From: a virus | DNA: 64,000 bases | Virus record (IMG/VR): IMGVR_UViG_3300034024_000020 | Span: 1 to 64,000 of that record | Reading direction: 5' to 3' (one strand) | Part shown: one piece after another, positions 40,715-49,336 of the stretch | Layout: each line of letters opens with the position of its first letter | Numbering within the stretch: the first letter of the stretch is position 1 | The notes under the pieces: generated by a model | What the model was told of the DNA's origin: nothing | The model's database searches: none | What the model saw: the letters and a program-made list of their open reading frames with translations, nothing else | Program-made: the position numbers and the translations under genes

Positions 40715-40788
40715 TGCCCCATCTTCTAATGGTAAGAAGCGTGGCTCTGAACCACTCAATGCACGTTCGACTCGGGCTGGGGCATCCA
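40715..40788 (+). tRNA. tRNA-Gln(CTG)
   Basis: tgcccca/tggggca; loop ctCTGaa; CCA. Confidence 0.85.
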
Positions 40789-40871
40789 TTTTCAACAGGT
40801 ACTCTTACTGGTGCGTCTGCAAAATTCACTGGTAAGGAAGGGAGCGGTGCAGACGTTCCCGAGAGTTTCAT

Positions 40872-40951
40872 GGCGCGGTCTTCTAACATAGGACTAGGAA
40901 CCCTGACTTTCAATCAGGCCAATGCGGGTTCGAATCCCGTCCGCGCTACCA
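40872..40951 (+). tRNA. tRNA-Glu(TTC)
   Basis: Loop ctTTCaa; CCA. Confidence 0.85.
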
Positions 40952-41025
40952 TTTCAGGAGAATTACAGTGGGCTTTATTCTTTTCCTTATAATTCTCTCA
41001 ATCCTCGTTCGAGGAAATCTTTAAT

Positions 41026-41100
41026 GCTAGTCTAGCTCAGTGGTAGAGCGCCTGCTCGACACGCAGGGGGCGCAGGGTTCAATTCCCTGGACTAGCACCA
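41026..41100 (+). tRNA. tRNA-Val(GAC)
   Basis: Canonical cloverleaf; CCA. Confidence 0.88.
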
Positions 41101-41101
41101 T

Positions 41102-41177
41102 GCTGGGTTAGCTTAGTGGTAAAGCGCAAGGTTGTGGACCTCCGTCTAGACAGGTTCGACTCCTGTATCTAGTTCCA
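41102..41177 (+). tRNA. tRNA-His(GTG), atypical
   Basis: Loop ttGTGga; weak anticodon stem; CCA. Confidence 0.65.
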
Positions 41178-41357
41178 TTTAGAAAGTACCAAATGAAAAA
41201 GCTTTATACTGGCGTTAACGGACGCAAAGTAGCGCTTGATCTAAGTAAGGTAGAAGCCATTCTGGACGAAGATGATGGTCGTGTAGACCTCTTTAGTTCA
41301 GCCGATTGGTATAAGATTTTAGCAGATTTCGACGAAGTCTATAAAGACTGGTCGCAA

Positions 41358-41434
41358 GCCCGATGAGATGGCTAGGTGAAGTCGCCTCTTTTACATGGAG
41401 GAAATGAGCGGTTCGAATCCGTTATCGGGTACCA
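41358..41434 (+). tRNA. tRNA-Val(TAC)
   Basis: gcccgat/atcgggt; loop ttTACat; CCA. Confidence 0.8.
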
Positions 41435-41439
41435 TTTTT

Positions 41440-41528
41440 GGAGTGTACAAGCAGCTGGGAGCTGTCTTCGCTTGGAAAGCGAAAGGTGCTTTAATTAGCA
41501 TCCGATTCGAATTCGGGGCGCTCCGCCA
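41440..41528 (+). tRNA. tRNA-Ser(GGA)
   Basis: Long variable arm; loop ttGGAaa; CCA. Confidence 0.8.
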
Positions 41529-41534
41529 TATTTT

Positions 41535-41611
41535 GTCGCTGTCGTCTAGTTGGTCTAGGACGCCAGGTTCTCAACCTGGAAACGGGAGTTCGAATCTCCT
41601 CAGCGGTACCA
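41535..41611 (+). tRNA. tRNA-Glu(CTC)
   Basis: Canonical cloverleaf; CCA. Confidence 0.9.
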
Positions 41612-41694
41612 CAGTTTCAGGATGACTGGCGTCCACCTTTTGTCTGGCCAGACGGGTGTAAAGTGGGTTCAATTCCCTGCCTGAGAGCAATAAT

Positions 41695-41772
41695 GCCGCG
41701 GAGGTGTAGCTGGAGCAAGCACATCGGCTTGAAACCCCGAAGGGTAGGGTTCGATTCCCTGTCGCGGCACCA
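41695..41772 (+). tRNA. tRNA-Phe(GAA)
   Basis: gccgcgg/tcgcggc; loop ttGAAac; CCA. Confidence 0.75.
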
Positions 41773-42191
41773 TTATTTAGCTAAGCATCCGACAAGTAGG
41801 TCAATGAAAATTGGGTGTTACGGGGTAGGAAGCTTGATGTTGACTTGAAAGCTACAATGCTCCGCTAAAGGATTATCAATGATTACTTCTTGTGATAAAT
41901 GCTGGTCCTTACCATGTACTTGCGGACATGATTATAAAGGATTAAGTGTAGCCCAAATTAGAGGATTAATCCTACAACTGGAAGCAAGATTGGGTCGAGC
42001 CGCTCTTGAGGATTACGATGAGAGGCAATCTTGGCGATGATTTGGACTATTCTTGTAACAATTTATGCGACGGGTTTTGTTTTTACAATCTATATAGTCG
42101 AGTGGCAATTCTACAGAAGCTTAGGTTTTAATTTAGCCAACATATTTATTACAGCTACAATTTGGCCACTCTTCCTAATTATAGCTCATAT

Positions 42192-42266
42192 GCTACCTTA
42201 GCTCAGTGGAAGAGCACTCCCTTGGTAAGGGAAAGGTCAAGAGTTCAATCCTCTTAGGTAGCACCA
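42192..42266 (+). tRNA. tRNA-Thr(GGT)
   Basis: Canonical cloverleaf; CCA. Confidence 0.9.
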
Positions 42267-42949
42267 TTAAAGAAAGCACAGATAGTGAAGACTAAACGGA
42301 ATAAGTTCAATATCGAGTGGCTTTATGCGAAACAAGTTTGGGATGCGTTGAAAAACGGACTCCCAGTACCTCCCGTACCTAACTACAGTGTATGGGAGAT
42401 TAATGAGAAAACCGGCAAGCAGAAGCTTATCAAAGAGCTTCCAATCGAGCCTATGAGGGTGACTTGCAATGGCAGAAGCTTTCCAGACTAGCTTAGAAGT
42501 CTGTCCCACCTGTAACTCCCTAATTACAGATGAGGAATTTGTAGTAAATTGGGGTGGTTGCGGGGCGTGCTTAGACGAAAGTTATGAGCAATATTTAGCA
42601 GAGAAGGGCTTTGTTGAAGAATATAGGCTCTTCTGAATTTAGTTCTTGACTTGGAACTGGATTTTTCATATAATGGCTTAATGAAAACGGCATTTTGCAT
42701 TAAATGTGGACATGAATACAACATAAAGCGTTTAGAGTTGGGATACAGAACCTGCTTAGATTGCGGTTCTCCAGTTTTTAGACCTCCTGTTGTTCCAGTC
42801 GCTAAATCGAATTACATTGTTGGTACGATGAGCGAATTGCGCGAGTCTTACAATCACAAAGGACATAAATAATGAATGATGATAGCATTGTTCTTTTGGC
42901 AGCCATTATAGCCATTGTTATAATGAGCTACTTCTTTAGTAGAGATTAA

Positions 42950-43025
42950 GCTTCGATAGCTCAGTAGGTAGAGCAGAGGACTGAAAATCCTCGTGTCGGC
43001 GGTTCGATCCCGTCTCGAAGCACCA
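42950..43025 (+). tRNA. tRNA-Phe(GAA)
   Basis: Canonical cloverleaf; CCA. Confidence 0.93.
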
Positions 43026-43026
43026 C

Positions 43027-43103
43027 GGGGCTGTGGTGATTATGGTAAACACATATGCTTGTCAAGCATACATAAGCGGGATCGTTACCCGTCAGCCTCG
43101 CCA
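43027..43103 (+). tRNA. tRNA-Asp(GTC)
   Basis: Loop ttGTCaa; atypical T loop atcgtta; CCA. Confidence 0.8.
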
Positions 43104-43271
43104 TTTAAAGACCCGACGATACCGGCTAGGCAAACCGGGACGCAACTTTACTCTTAAAAGAGTAATGATCAAGGCAGGGTTAAATAAGCTGCCCAACAAC
43201 GGCCGGAGTGTCCCGAAAGGGCGATGAGTCCGATTAAGTTACGGAGCGAGGTCGCACTCCATACAGTTTAA

Positions 43272-43347
43272 GCTTCCGAAGCATTGCTGGCGATGCAACC
43301 GCCTTGTAAGCGGACGATAGAGGGTTCGATTCCTTCCGGGAGCACCA
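43272..43347 (+). tRNA. tRNA-Thr(TGT)
   Basis: Loop ctTGTaa; CCA. Confidence 0.88.
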
Positions 43348-43703
43348 TTAATTGCTGATAGTTTAATAGGATGGTGAGATAGGGAGTCGACGCCTGATGT
43401 AGCCACGCAATAACTGGTAAGTTTTAGTTCGCGGCTAGAATACTGCCAGCCAAGGGCGAAAACAGTGTCCGCGGAGGGCGCAGATGTGGTAGAAATCCAC
43501 GAAGCAATACATTTAGAAAGATAAAGATGCAAGATTTAGGTCAGGTTATGAATAATTGGAACCCAAATCCAGTTCGTTTCGATCCTGAAAATATGGATTG
43601 GGGTTACTGGGATGAAACTTGGTCCTATTGGACCGGAGGTTATCAAACGGAAGCCGAAGCCAATAAAGCCTTGCAAGAATATTGCGAACACTATCTATAA
43701 TAA

Positions 43704-43783
43704 CGGCCGGTGGCGGAGCATGGCCCAACGCACGAGATTGCAACCCTCGAAAACCGCCGGTTCAAATCCGGCCCGGTCGTCCA
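43704..43783 (+). tRNA. tRNA-Cys(GCA)
   Basis: Loop ttGCAac; U73; CCA. Confidence 0.88.
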
Positions 43784-43964
43784 TTTTAGGAGTAATATGA
43801 AAACAGCGGGTTATATTATTTCTGCACTGAGTGTGTTTTTACTGGCAATAGCTGCTACTATTGGTCCAGACGCGGAACCATTTGAGATTTACCTTTGGGC
43901 AGGTGTTATAGCTTCCCTAGTGGGTATGTTTTTGAGATGGCTTTCATATAGATTTGTAGAATAA

Positions 43965-44040
43965 GGGGGATTAGCTCATCTGGGAGAGCGCCTGCTTTGC
44001 AAGCAGGAGGTGATCGGTTCGAGTCCGATATCCTCCACCA
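43965..44040 (+). tRNA. tRNA-Ala(TGC)
   Basis: Canonical; G3.U70; CCA. Confidence 0.93.
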
Positions 44041-44058
44041 TATAAAAGGAGTAAGTAA

Positions 44059-44349
44059 CTGAAAAAGGTAGGTTTTACCATTATGACCGCGAACGCTGAC
44101 CTTGAAAGAAAGGTTAAGCAAATCGACGCATTCCTTCTCAAGGGAGAAGAAGTACGCGTAAGCGTTGATGTTAAACGTGGTCAAGGTCGAATTTTCGGTG
44201 CTGCTCTTGACAAGCTGAACCTAATTACGGGGAAGCTTGAAAACGCAAAAGTTATTGCTAAACCGTCCCAAAAGGGTGCGGGTTATCAAACAGTTATACG
44301 GGCCGGTAGCTCAATTGGGAGAGCGCTTGACTTGCAATCAGGAAGATAG
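44059..44349 (+). CDS. Translation initiation factor IF3, C-terminal domain only; probable CTG start
   Basis: KKVGF.....ADLERKVKQIDAFLLKGEEVRVSV pattern of IF3-C; AAGGAG RBS 7 nt before the in-frame CTG at 44059. Confidence 0.7.
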   Translation: MKKVGFTIMTANADLERKVKQIDAFLLKGEEVRVSVDVKRGQGRIFGAALDKLNLITGKLENAKVIAKPSQKGAGYQTVIRAGSSIGRALDLQSGR

Positions 44350-44374
44350 GGTTCGACTCCCTCCGTGTCCACCA
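44300..44374 (+). tRNA. tRNA-Ala(TGC)
   Basis: Loop ctTGCaa; CCA; overlaps the IF3-C ORF end. Confidence 0.8.
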
Positions 44375-44550
44375 TTTTAGGGTTGTAATGAATGCTAGAA
44401 TATGATGATTACACTCTTCTTTTAGATTGTTATGAAGATATAGATGCTTTTTCTAGAGATGGTATGAGATATACTATGACTCCCAGTGAAATGTCATCTT
44501 TAATCGTCATGTTAGACATTCTAAAACCTCAATTAAAAGAATTGCATTAA

Positions 44551-44641
44551 GTGCGCGTGGCGAAAATTAAGGCAGACGCACTAGCTTGAGTAGCTAGCGG
44601 GATAGTATCTCATGAGGGTTCGAGCCCCTCCGTGCACACCA
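44551..44641 (+). tRNA. tRNA-Leu(GAG)
   Basis: Type II cloverleaf; CCA. Confidence 0.85.
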
Positions 44642-44764
44642 GAGGTAAATATGTATTACGATGAATATCCAGAAACAGAAGGTTGTTTGGGTTATGTAGC
44701 AGGCGCACTTATTGCTGCTGCCGTTATAGGTATCGTAGCACTTATCTTTATATCAATTTCTTGA

Positions 44765-44838
44765 TGCCGATTCTCCTAGTGGTAAGGATGCCGCCTGATT
44801 AGCGGTCTACGGGAGTTCGATTCTCCCATCGGCTACCA
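44765..44838 (+). tRNA. tRNA-Ile(GAT), atypical
   Basis: Loop ctGATta; CCA. Confidence 0.7.
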
Positions 44839-44973
44839 TTTCGACTGAAGACCTAAGGCAGGTCGCCACTGATCCGGAGATAGCTGGTTCGATTCCAGTC
44901 AGTCAAACGCAAACCCTACCCAAAGGGTAGCCGACAGGGTTGGAAGGATCGGCTCTAGTTTGCGATATTTTAT

Positions 44974-45047
44974 GCTCCTATAGCTCAATGGTAGAGCCCG
45001 CGGCCGATAACCGCTTGACGGAGGTTCGATTCCTTCTAGGAGTACCA
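44974..45047 (+). tRNA. tRNA-Ile(GAT)
   Basis: Canonical cloverleaf; CCA. Confidence 0.88.
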
Positions 45048-45048
45048 T

Positions 45049-45137
45049 GCCCTGCTGGCGGAACCCGGTAGACGCAGCGGTTTCAAACACCGTACCCCAA
45101 TTTGGGGCTGTGGGTTCGACTCCCACGCAGGGTACCA
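45049..45137 (+). tRNA. tRNA-Leu(CAA)
   Basis: Type II cloverleaf; CCA. Confidence 0.88.
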
Positions 45138-45698
45138 TAGCTTAAAATAGTTCTTGACTTTGAGTTCAAACTTTCATATAATGGGTCATAAGATGAAAAA
45201 CGGCACAATGCAAATTGCGGCAGAAGCGTTCGGATGAATTGATTCGAACTTTGAGAATTGCATTTGCTAAACTAGCAGGAATTAAATTGAATGACAAGTA
45301 GAGACTTTGCATATTGGCTACAGGGCTTATTCGAGTTGGCCGAGGTTAGGACACTGGATGCAAGGCAAACGGAGTTGATTAAACGGCATCTCCATATGGT
45401 ATTCATCCATGAAATTGATCCTAGCTTTCCAGACGAAGAGCAAGGCCCTTTAACCGCCGCGCATAACGGGGTTCGTCCCGGCGGCCTAATTGCGAAGTGC
45501 TTATATGACTTATAAAGATTTTGCAGCTTGGCTCGAAGGAGTCATTGATAGTAATCCGGAAGGATTAGACGCAGATAAGTTAAAGATTATTTCTGGAAAG
45601 ATTAAGACTTTGACTTTTCCAGGTGAACCAAAAAAGCAGCCGGGTGACGGTGCTTGGGTAAATCCTTATCCAAACGCAGTACGCTGCTAAGAGCATAT

Positions 45699-45773
45699 AT
45701 GGGTCAGGTCGATCGGGGATGACAGCAGCCTCCAAAACTGCCGAGCAGGGTTCGAGTCCCTGGACCCATGCCA
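45699..45773 (+). tRNA. tRNA-Trp(CCA)
   Basis: Loop ctCCAaa; G73; CCA. Confidence 0.85.
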
Positions 45774-45857
45774 TTTAAGGAAAAAATGGATCCAATTTCA
45801 ATTCTAGTCATCGTTCTAATTATTCTAGCGATTGTTTACTTCGCTAAGCGAGTTTGA

Positions 45858-45934
45858 TGCGGGGACAAGCCTTGGTAGGCTAGACTGTCTCATAAGCAGT
45901 TTCATTGTGAGTTCGATTCTCACCTCCGCCACCA
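45858..45934 (+). tRNA. tRNA-Met(CAT) with 1:72 mismatch
   Basis: Loop ctCATaa; CCA. Confidence 0.75.
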
Positions 45935-45951
45935 TTTCAAAAGGACTATCT

Positions 45952-46443
45952 ATGTTGGATCAAGCAATAAAAGCTATCAAGGCTTCCAGCCAAAGTAGCA
46001 GCGTCTACATTGGATGCGACTCTGTACGATTCAAGAAGAATGTCAACGGTCGTCAGCAAAGCTTTGCTCGATATGCAACCGTAGTCGTTCTTCACATGGA
46101 TAGCCTTCACGGTTGTCAGCTCTTCTACAAGGAAGATGTTCTGCCTGATTATGGTAAAAAGACTGAAAGTCTCTTTAACCGGCTCATGCAAGAGGCTACC
46201 TTCGCTATTGAAGTAGCTGGCGAAATCATTCCACATCTAGATGACCGACATCTAGAAATCCACCTTGACATTAACCCAAGTGAGGCTCACGCTTCCAATC
46301 AGGCGGCTAAAGCCGCAATCGGTTATGTTTTAGGTACAACTGAAATTAGACCTAAGATCAAGCCTGAAGCGTTTGCTGCGATGTTTGCAGCGGATCGGGT
46401 TTGTAACGGTAAGCTTAAGAACCAAGTCTTCAATCGAGGCTGA
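45952..46443 (+). CDS. RNase H-like YkuK family protein
   Basis: VYIGCDS, RLMQE, EIHLDIN, IKPEAFAA..AAD motifs. Confidence 0.8.
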   Translation: MLDQAIKAIKASSQSSSVYIGCDSVRFKKNVNGRQQSFARYATVVVLHMDSLHGCQLFYKEDVLPDYGKKTESLFNRLMQEATFAIEVAGEIIPHLDDRHLEIHLDINPSEAHASNQAAKAAIGYVLGTTEIRPKIKPEAFAAMFAADRVCNGKLKNQVFNRG

Positions 46444-46642
46444 GACCCACTAGCCGCCTGGGTTACTTGATTGGATAGGTATGCCGGGTGCTAAAGGCGG
46501 ATTGCCCGGCATTACCAGTTAGGAAATAATATGCTACGAATTATTGGTTACATTATCAGTGGTGAATGGATGACTAAGTTCAATAAACCAGGAGATGTGT
46601 ATCTTAGATCAGACGGAACATGGTCTGATAGATAAGCTTTTT

Positions 46643-46714
46643 GCCCCGGCTCACTGGAAGAGGCCCGACGCTACGAACGTTGGTGGGAAGGTTCGAGTCC
46701 TTTTCGGGGTACCA
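46643..46714 (+). tRNA. tRNA-Arg(ACG)
   Basis: Loop ctACGaa; CCA. Confidence 0.8.
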
Positions 46715-46721
46715 TAATCAC

Positions 46722-46803
46722 ACCCTTGTAGCCGGTTCAGGTTTCGACCCTGTTATCCGTAATGGAGCTGCAAATGTAGGTTCGACTCCTATCAAGGGTG
46801 CCA
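46722..46803 (+). tRNA. tRNA-like RNA, anticodon TCG (Arg), D arm absent, long variable region
   Basis: acccttg/caagggt-g-CCA; cagg-ttTCGac-cctg; normal T arm. Confidence 0.55.
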
Positions 46804-46849
46804 TAAAATAGTTCTTGACATTGTACTGAATTTTTCATATAATGGGATA

Positions 46850-47715
46850 TCAAAACGACGGAAATAACAAGTTTGGCCGTATGGGGTCATTAGGGTAAGG
46901 GTGGCGACACCCCCAAAGCAGGGAAGCTTACATACCTGCGCTCGCAAGAGTCCATCTATACAAGCCTACATCACGCCCGAAAGGGTGTCTTCGTGAAGAG
47001 CGGAGATAGTCGTGAAGTGAGGTTGAGGAAAGAATTCTGGTCGATGTCCCGCAAGGAAGGCAGGCTGGAGAAGAACGGGGTAGTAGCCGTCTCTCAGCAC
47101 ACTAAACTCGCGAACGATGATGGTAAATGGTAGTGCCATTGTTCGATGCTTAGCGGCAAAGGGCTTCGGTGCAATTCAAACGGTTGGTGGGAGTCACACC
47201 CACGTAGATCGTGAAGAATGATTGAGTAGGTTTAGCAGACCAAAAGATAGCATAGGCGTGTTGTATTTCGTAGATTAATAGTCTGCGAAGCGACAGAGGT
47301 AGCACGTCTTGGTAAGTTAATGCAATTTGTTCAATGGTAGAACATTAGTCTATGAAACTGAGAGTGTTGGTTCGATTCCAACATTGCAAGCTATAAAAAC
47401 GCAAAGACTACCTCGGTATACAGCGAAAGTCATCTAATGCCGGACTAAAGAATTCGGCCTAGGAAAGCTCGCAAGGCAGACCTAGTTCATGGTAGATCGC
47501 TCATAAATCTCTTAGCGGAGGTTGAACGGCTCGCAAGGTCGGTGGGAAGGAAATCGTGGAGTAGTTGTATATGTCACCGCAAAAGCTAGCGGTATATCAA
47601 ATGAGCGATGATGTTCATTAGTGGCAACCCTGCCTCTGGAAACCTGATTAAGCACCTCGCAAAAGGTCCGCGTACGGTCAGAAGATTGAACAATTAATAG
47701 GTGTATTCTCAGCCT
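46850..47715 (+). ncRNA. GOLLD-like large ncRNA (~865 nt)
   Basis: Own promoter (46815); ORF-free; many GCAA/GAAA-capped hairpins; GAGTAG..AAAG..GGCGTGTTGTATT segment and 3' end GGTGTATTCTCAGCCT recalled as GOLLD-like; lies inside a phage tRNA array. Confidence 0.75.
47321..47388 (+). tRNA. tRNA-like element embedded in the GOLLD-like RNA, anticodon ATG
   Basis: tgcaat/attgca; gttc/gaac D-stem; ttagt-ctATGaa-actga; gttgg-ttcgatt-ccaac; no CCA. Confidence 0.7.
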
Positions 47716-47733
47716 ATGTTTTAACGAGTTTTT

Positions 47734-47767
47734 ATGTCGCCCAGGTTCGGAAGAAAGCAAGCGGCAT
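47734..47767 (+). ncRNA. Minimal SRP RNA helix-8-like hairpin
   Basis: atgtcgc-c-CAGG-ttc-GGAA-gaa-AGCA-a-gcggcat. Confidence 0.6.
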
Positions 47768-47770
47768 CAA

Positions 47771-47842
47771 GCCCCCATCGAAGGAGCGACGTTTGGCCTT
47801 CTAAGCCGAAATGTGTGGGTTCGAGTCCCTCTGGGGGTTCCA
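47771..47842 (+). tRNA. tRNA-Arg(TCT)
   Basis: Loop ctTCTaa; CCA. Confidence 0.8.
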
Positions 47843-48054
47843 TTTAAGGAGATGTAAGTGAACCTAATTTCTTGGATAGTTTTAGGCGGTTATGTCTTTA
47901 TTGCAGCATGTGTTCTGGCAGCGCTTCGAGTGGGAGCAGCTAAGGAAGGCGTGAAGCTCAATTGGGTCTATTTGTTCATTGCAGCAATTTGGCCTTTGTG
48001 GATAGTATTTTACCTTTGGGTTCTAGTATATAGCTGGGCCAATAGAGATAGAAC

Positions 48055-48129
48055 GGTAGCGTAGCTTAAAGGCGAAGCCACCCGCTCATAACGGGCAGAG
48101 TGTGAGTTCGAGTCTCACCGCTACCACCA
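48055..48129 (+). tRNA. tRNA-Met(CAT)
   Basis: Canonical cloverleaf; CCA. Confidence 0.88.
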
Positions 48130-48507
48130 TAGAAAGGCCACCATGGGCGATTGGGCAGATAACGCTCTAGACAGGTTTTTAAGCGGACATTGGTCACCTT
48201 TTAATGGTGATACTAGAAAGCTTCGTCGAAGAGACCGGAAACGTCTCAAAGTAATTCAATGTCGCCATTGTGGTGCTAAACCACTGCGAATTGAAGAATT
48301 TGAGGAGAATGCTTGGCATTTAGCCGAGTACGACGAGAATAACGTTCTAACGCGGCATGTTTGTAAAATGAAGACCTTCAGAAATGTTTGACTTTCAGAT
48401 TAGAGCTGATAGGTGGCAGCCACCAGCCTGGCCCCTTTGGGGGTCACTAATCGTATTAATTGTGTTTACGGTCCTACACATATTTGGTCTCGTAGGATAA
48501 GATTAAT

Positions 48508-48595
48508 GGAGGGGTAACCTGATAGGATCAGGGCTCGCCTGCTACGCGAAGCGGAGTGAAATACCTCTGGGTTTCGATTACCCACCCTTCCTCCA
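48508..48595 (+). tRNA. tRNA-Ser(GCT), atypical
   Basis: Loop ctGCTac; long variable arm; CCA. Confidence 0.75.
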
Positions 48596-48747
48596 TACTA
48601 GGAGATAGATTATGTTTAAAACGTTTTTGGCATTTATTGCTGGCTTTGTTAAAGGCCGAAAGAGCAAGGAAACAAAGGTGGATGGGACGCGAACCAGCCC
48701 GAGATATACGGGTCCCCGTATCTAATCCACGAGCATTAAGATTAATT

Positions 48748-48822
48748 GCGTAAGTAGCTCAGGGGAAGAGCTTCTCGTTGCCAACGAGACGGTCGTGGGT
48801 TCGAATCCCATCTTACGCTCCA
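48748..48822 (+). tRNA. tRNA-Gly(GCC)
   Basis: Canonical; U73; CCA. Confidence 0.9.
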
Positions 48823-48952
48823 TTATTAGGTAGGGCACATCCCTTAAATCACCGATTTGAGTTCGGAAGCCTAAGGATGGGACAAATCTGGATTAGCGTT
48901 ATCACGGTGCACTTAGTGATTAAAACGGCAGATACCCCATCCATCAATAATT

Positions 48953-49035
48953 GCGGCTAGTTGCACATAGGGCGTGCGTTAGGTTTCCACCCTAATTCCA
49001 TCGAGAGCGGAGTTCGATTCTCCCTAGCCGCTCCA
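48953..49035 (+). tRNA. tRNA-Gly(TCC), enlarged variable region
   Basis: gcggctag/ctagccgc; loop ttTCCac; U73; CCA. Confidence 0.75.
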
Positions 49036-49191
49036 TTTTTGTCTCCGGTAACCATTCCGGTATGCAAGCCAATGCGGCTTCACCTCCGCATAAAATCGTA
49101 CAGTTGTCGAAGGTACAAGCCTAACCACAAAACGGTGGTCCTCATCGGGATAACGGCGCTCATAAAGGTACAACATACAGCTTCGGCTGCT

Positions 49192-49222
49192 AGCCCTCCA
49201 AGGAGACTTGGAGGGCTTTTTC
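49192..49222 (+). terminator. Terminator closing the tRNA region
   Basis: agccctccaag-gaga-cttggagggct-tttt. Confidence 0.85.
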
Positions 49223-49336
49223 TTTGCTGCGCCGATCCACCAAAAATACAGTTTCGTGTTACGTGTGGCGCTGAATATAGTTCTTGACATGTGACTTAGA
49301 AAGCCGTATAATGAGACTCAAGACGGGAGATTTCAC

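Noticed and set aside
40800-40868. Second SRP-like hairpin (ggaag-containing loop)
   Set aside because: Lacks the CAGG/AGCA symmetric loop; kept only as an unassigned structured spacer
43205-43260. Hammerhead ribozyme-like segment (gatgagtccg...cgga)
   Set aside because: Core CUGAUGA and GAAA are not intact
36226-49290. Many ORF-track entries overlapping tRNAs (e.g. 37960-38172, 40714-40992, 44899-45138, 48961-49287)
   Set aside because: Translations of tRNA or ncRNA sequence
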